The notes below the pieces were generated by a model. The model ran no database searches, had not been told where the DNA came from, and was given only the letters and a program-made list of their open reading frames with translations. From a virus (lineage: Duplodnaviria; Caudoviricetes): a stretch of DNA of 64,000 nt. The position numbers were made by a program, and so were the translations under genes. How positions within the stretch are numbered: position 1 is the first letter of the stretch; each line of letters starts with the position of its first letter. Shown piece after piece: positions 63,544-64,000 of this stretch. Location of the stretch: positions 1-64,000 of the IMG/VR virus record IMGVR_UViG_3300031760_004865; one strand, given 5' to 3'.

Positions 63544-64000
63544 ATGAAATTTGGTGTTAGAGAAATTTGCGAAGTAGTTCTTAAGGCTAAGGCTACTCAA
63601 AAAGTTGGTAACAAAATTTTCTACGCTAATGAACCAGTTTGCTATTTTGATACACTTAAGACTTCCAGTATGGAAGGTGCGGCAACCACAGTGTATGCAC
63701 AAGGTGGCGTTGGTAACTCTCGTTTAATTGCGTGGGAAGGTGAAAGAACAGTAACCTTTACAATGGAAGATGCTCTTATTTCTCCAGAAGGTTTTATGAT
63801 TCTTTCTGGTGCTGGACTTATTGATGCTACTGAAAATGCACCTATTTATCAACATGTAACTGAAAATATTGATGCAAGTGATGTTACTGTTGAAGAAGAT
63901 GAAATTACAATTTGGATTTCTAAACCTGCTTATCTTCCATCTACTGGAGATCATTTTGCATATGTTATGTTCAAGAAAAATGATGAAATTATTAGCGAGC
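63544..64000 (+). CDS. Major tail tube protein (partial)
   Basis: AAGGAGG SD; TLKTSSMEG..TTVYAQGG.GN.RLIAWEGERTVTFTMEDAL; no TAG. Confidence 0.65.
   Translation, partial: MKFGVREICEVVLKAKATQKVGNKIFYANEPVCYFDTLKTSSMEGAATTVYAQGGVGNSRLIAWEGERTVTFTMEDALISPEGFMILSGAGLIDATENAPIYQHVTENIDASDVTVEEDEITIWISKPAYLPSTGDHFAYVMFKKNDEIISE

Noticed and set aside
2167-63954. Many short antisense ORFs in the provided track (e.g. 2167-2481, 9347-9934, 34992-35540, 55952-56227, 58921-59199)
   Set aside because: They shadow longer genes or tRNAs on the opposite strand, lack SD sites and have low-complexity translations

Overview
64 kb of a large, AT-rich tailed-phage genome, probably infecting a gut or rumen Firmicute. 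It uses genetic code 15: TAG reads as Gln, shown by conserved motifs and in-window homologues. Layout: tail/adsorption genes (1-7.2 kb, minus); a tRNA array of about 25 genes with accessory ORFs (7.3-22.3 kb, minus); early/middle genes including a sigma70 factor (22.4-32.4 kb, minus); a plus-strand RHH/wHTH module with iteron-like repeats (32.9-34.5 kb); a cassette-like early region in which small genes each have a promoter and a conserved GCCCGGGC-centred repeat (36.7-48.6 kb, minus); and the packaging/head/neck/tail module (49.9-64 kb, plus), whose ORF-track fragments join into full genes under code 15. The most striking signal is in the tRNA array. Five tRNA genes (Gln, Pro, Arg, Tyr, Thr) are interrupted in the anticodon loop by inserts with no room for a group I/II ribozyme and no canonical BHB motif. 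Four inserts carry I-Ssp6803I-like PD-(D/E)XK nucleases. The Pro and Tyr inserts fold as exact tRNA acceptor-stem/T-arm mimics, so RNase P and RNase Z cut registers would excise them precisely. The Gln, Arg and Thr inserts end in a triplet that pairs with the anticodon. Nearby are two circularly permuted tRNA-like RNAs and a family of ACAGCA(A)-bulged stems. All calls are by eye; no searches were run.
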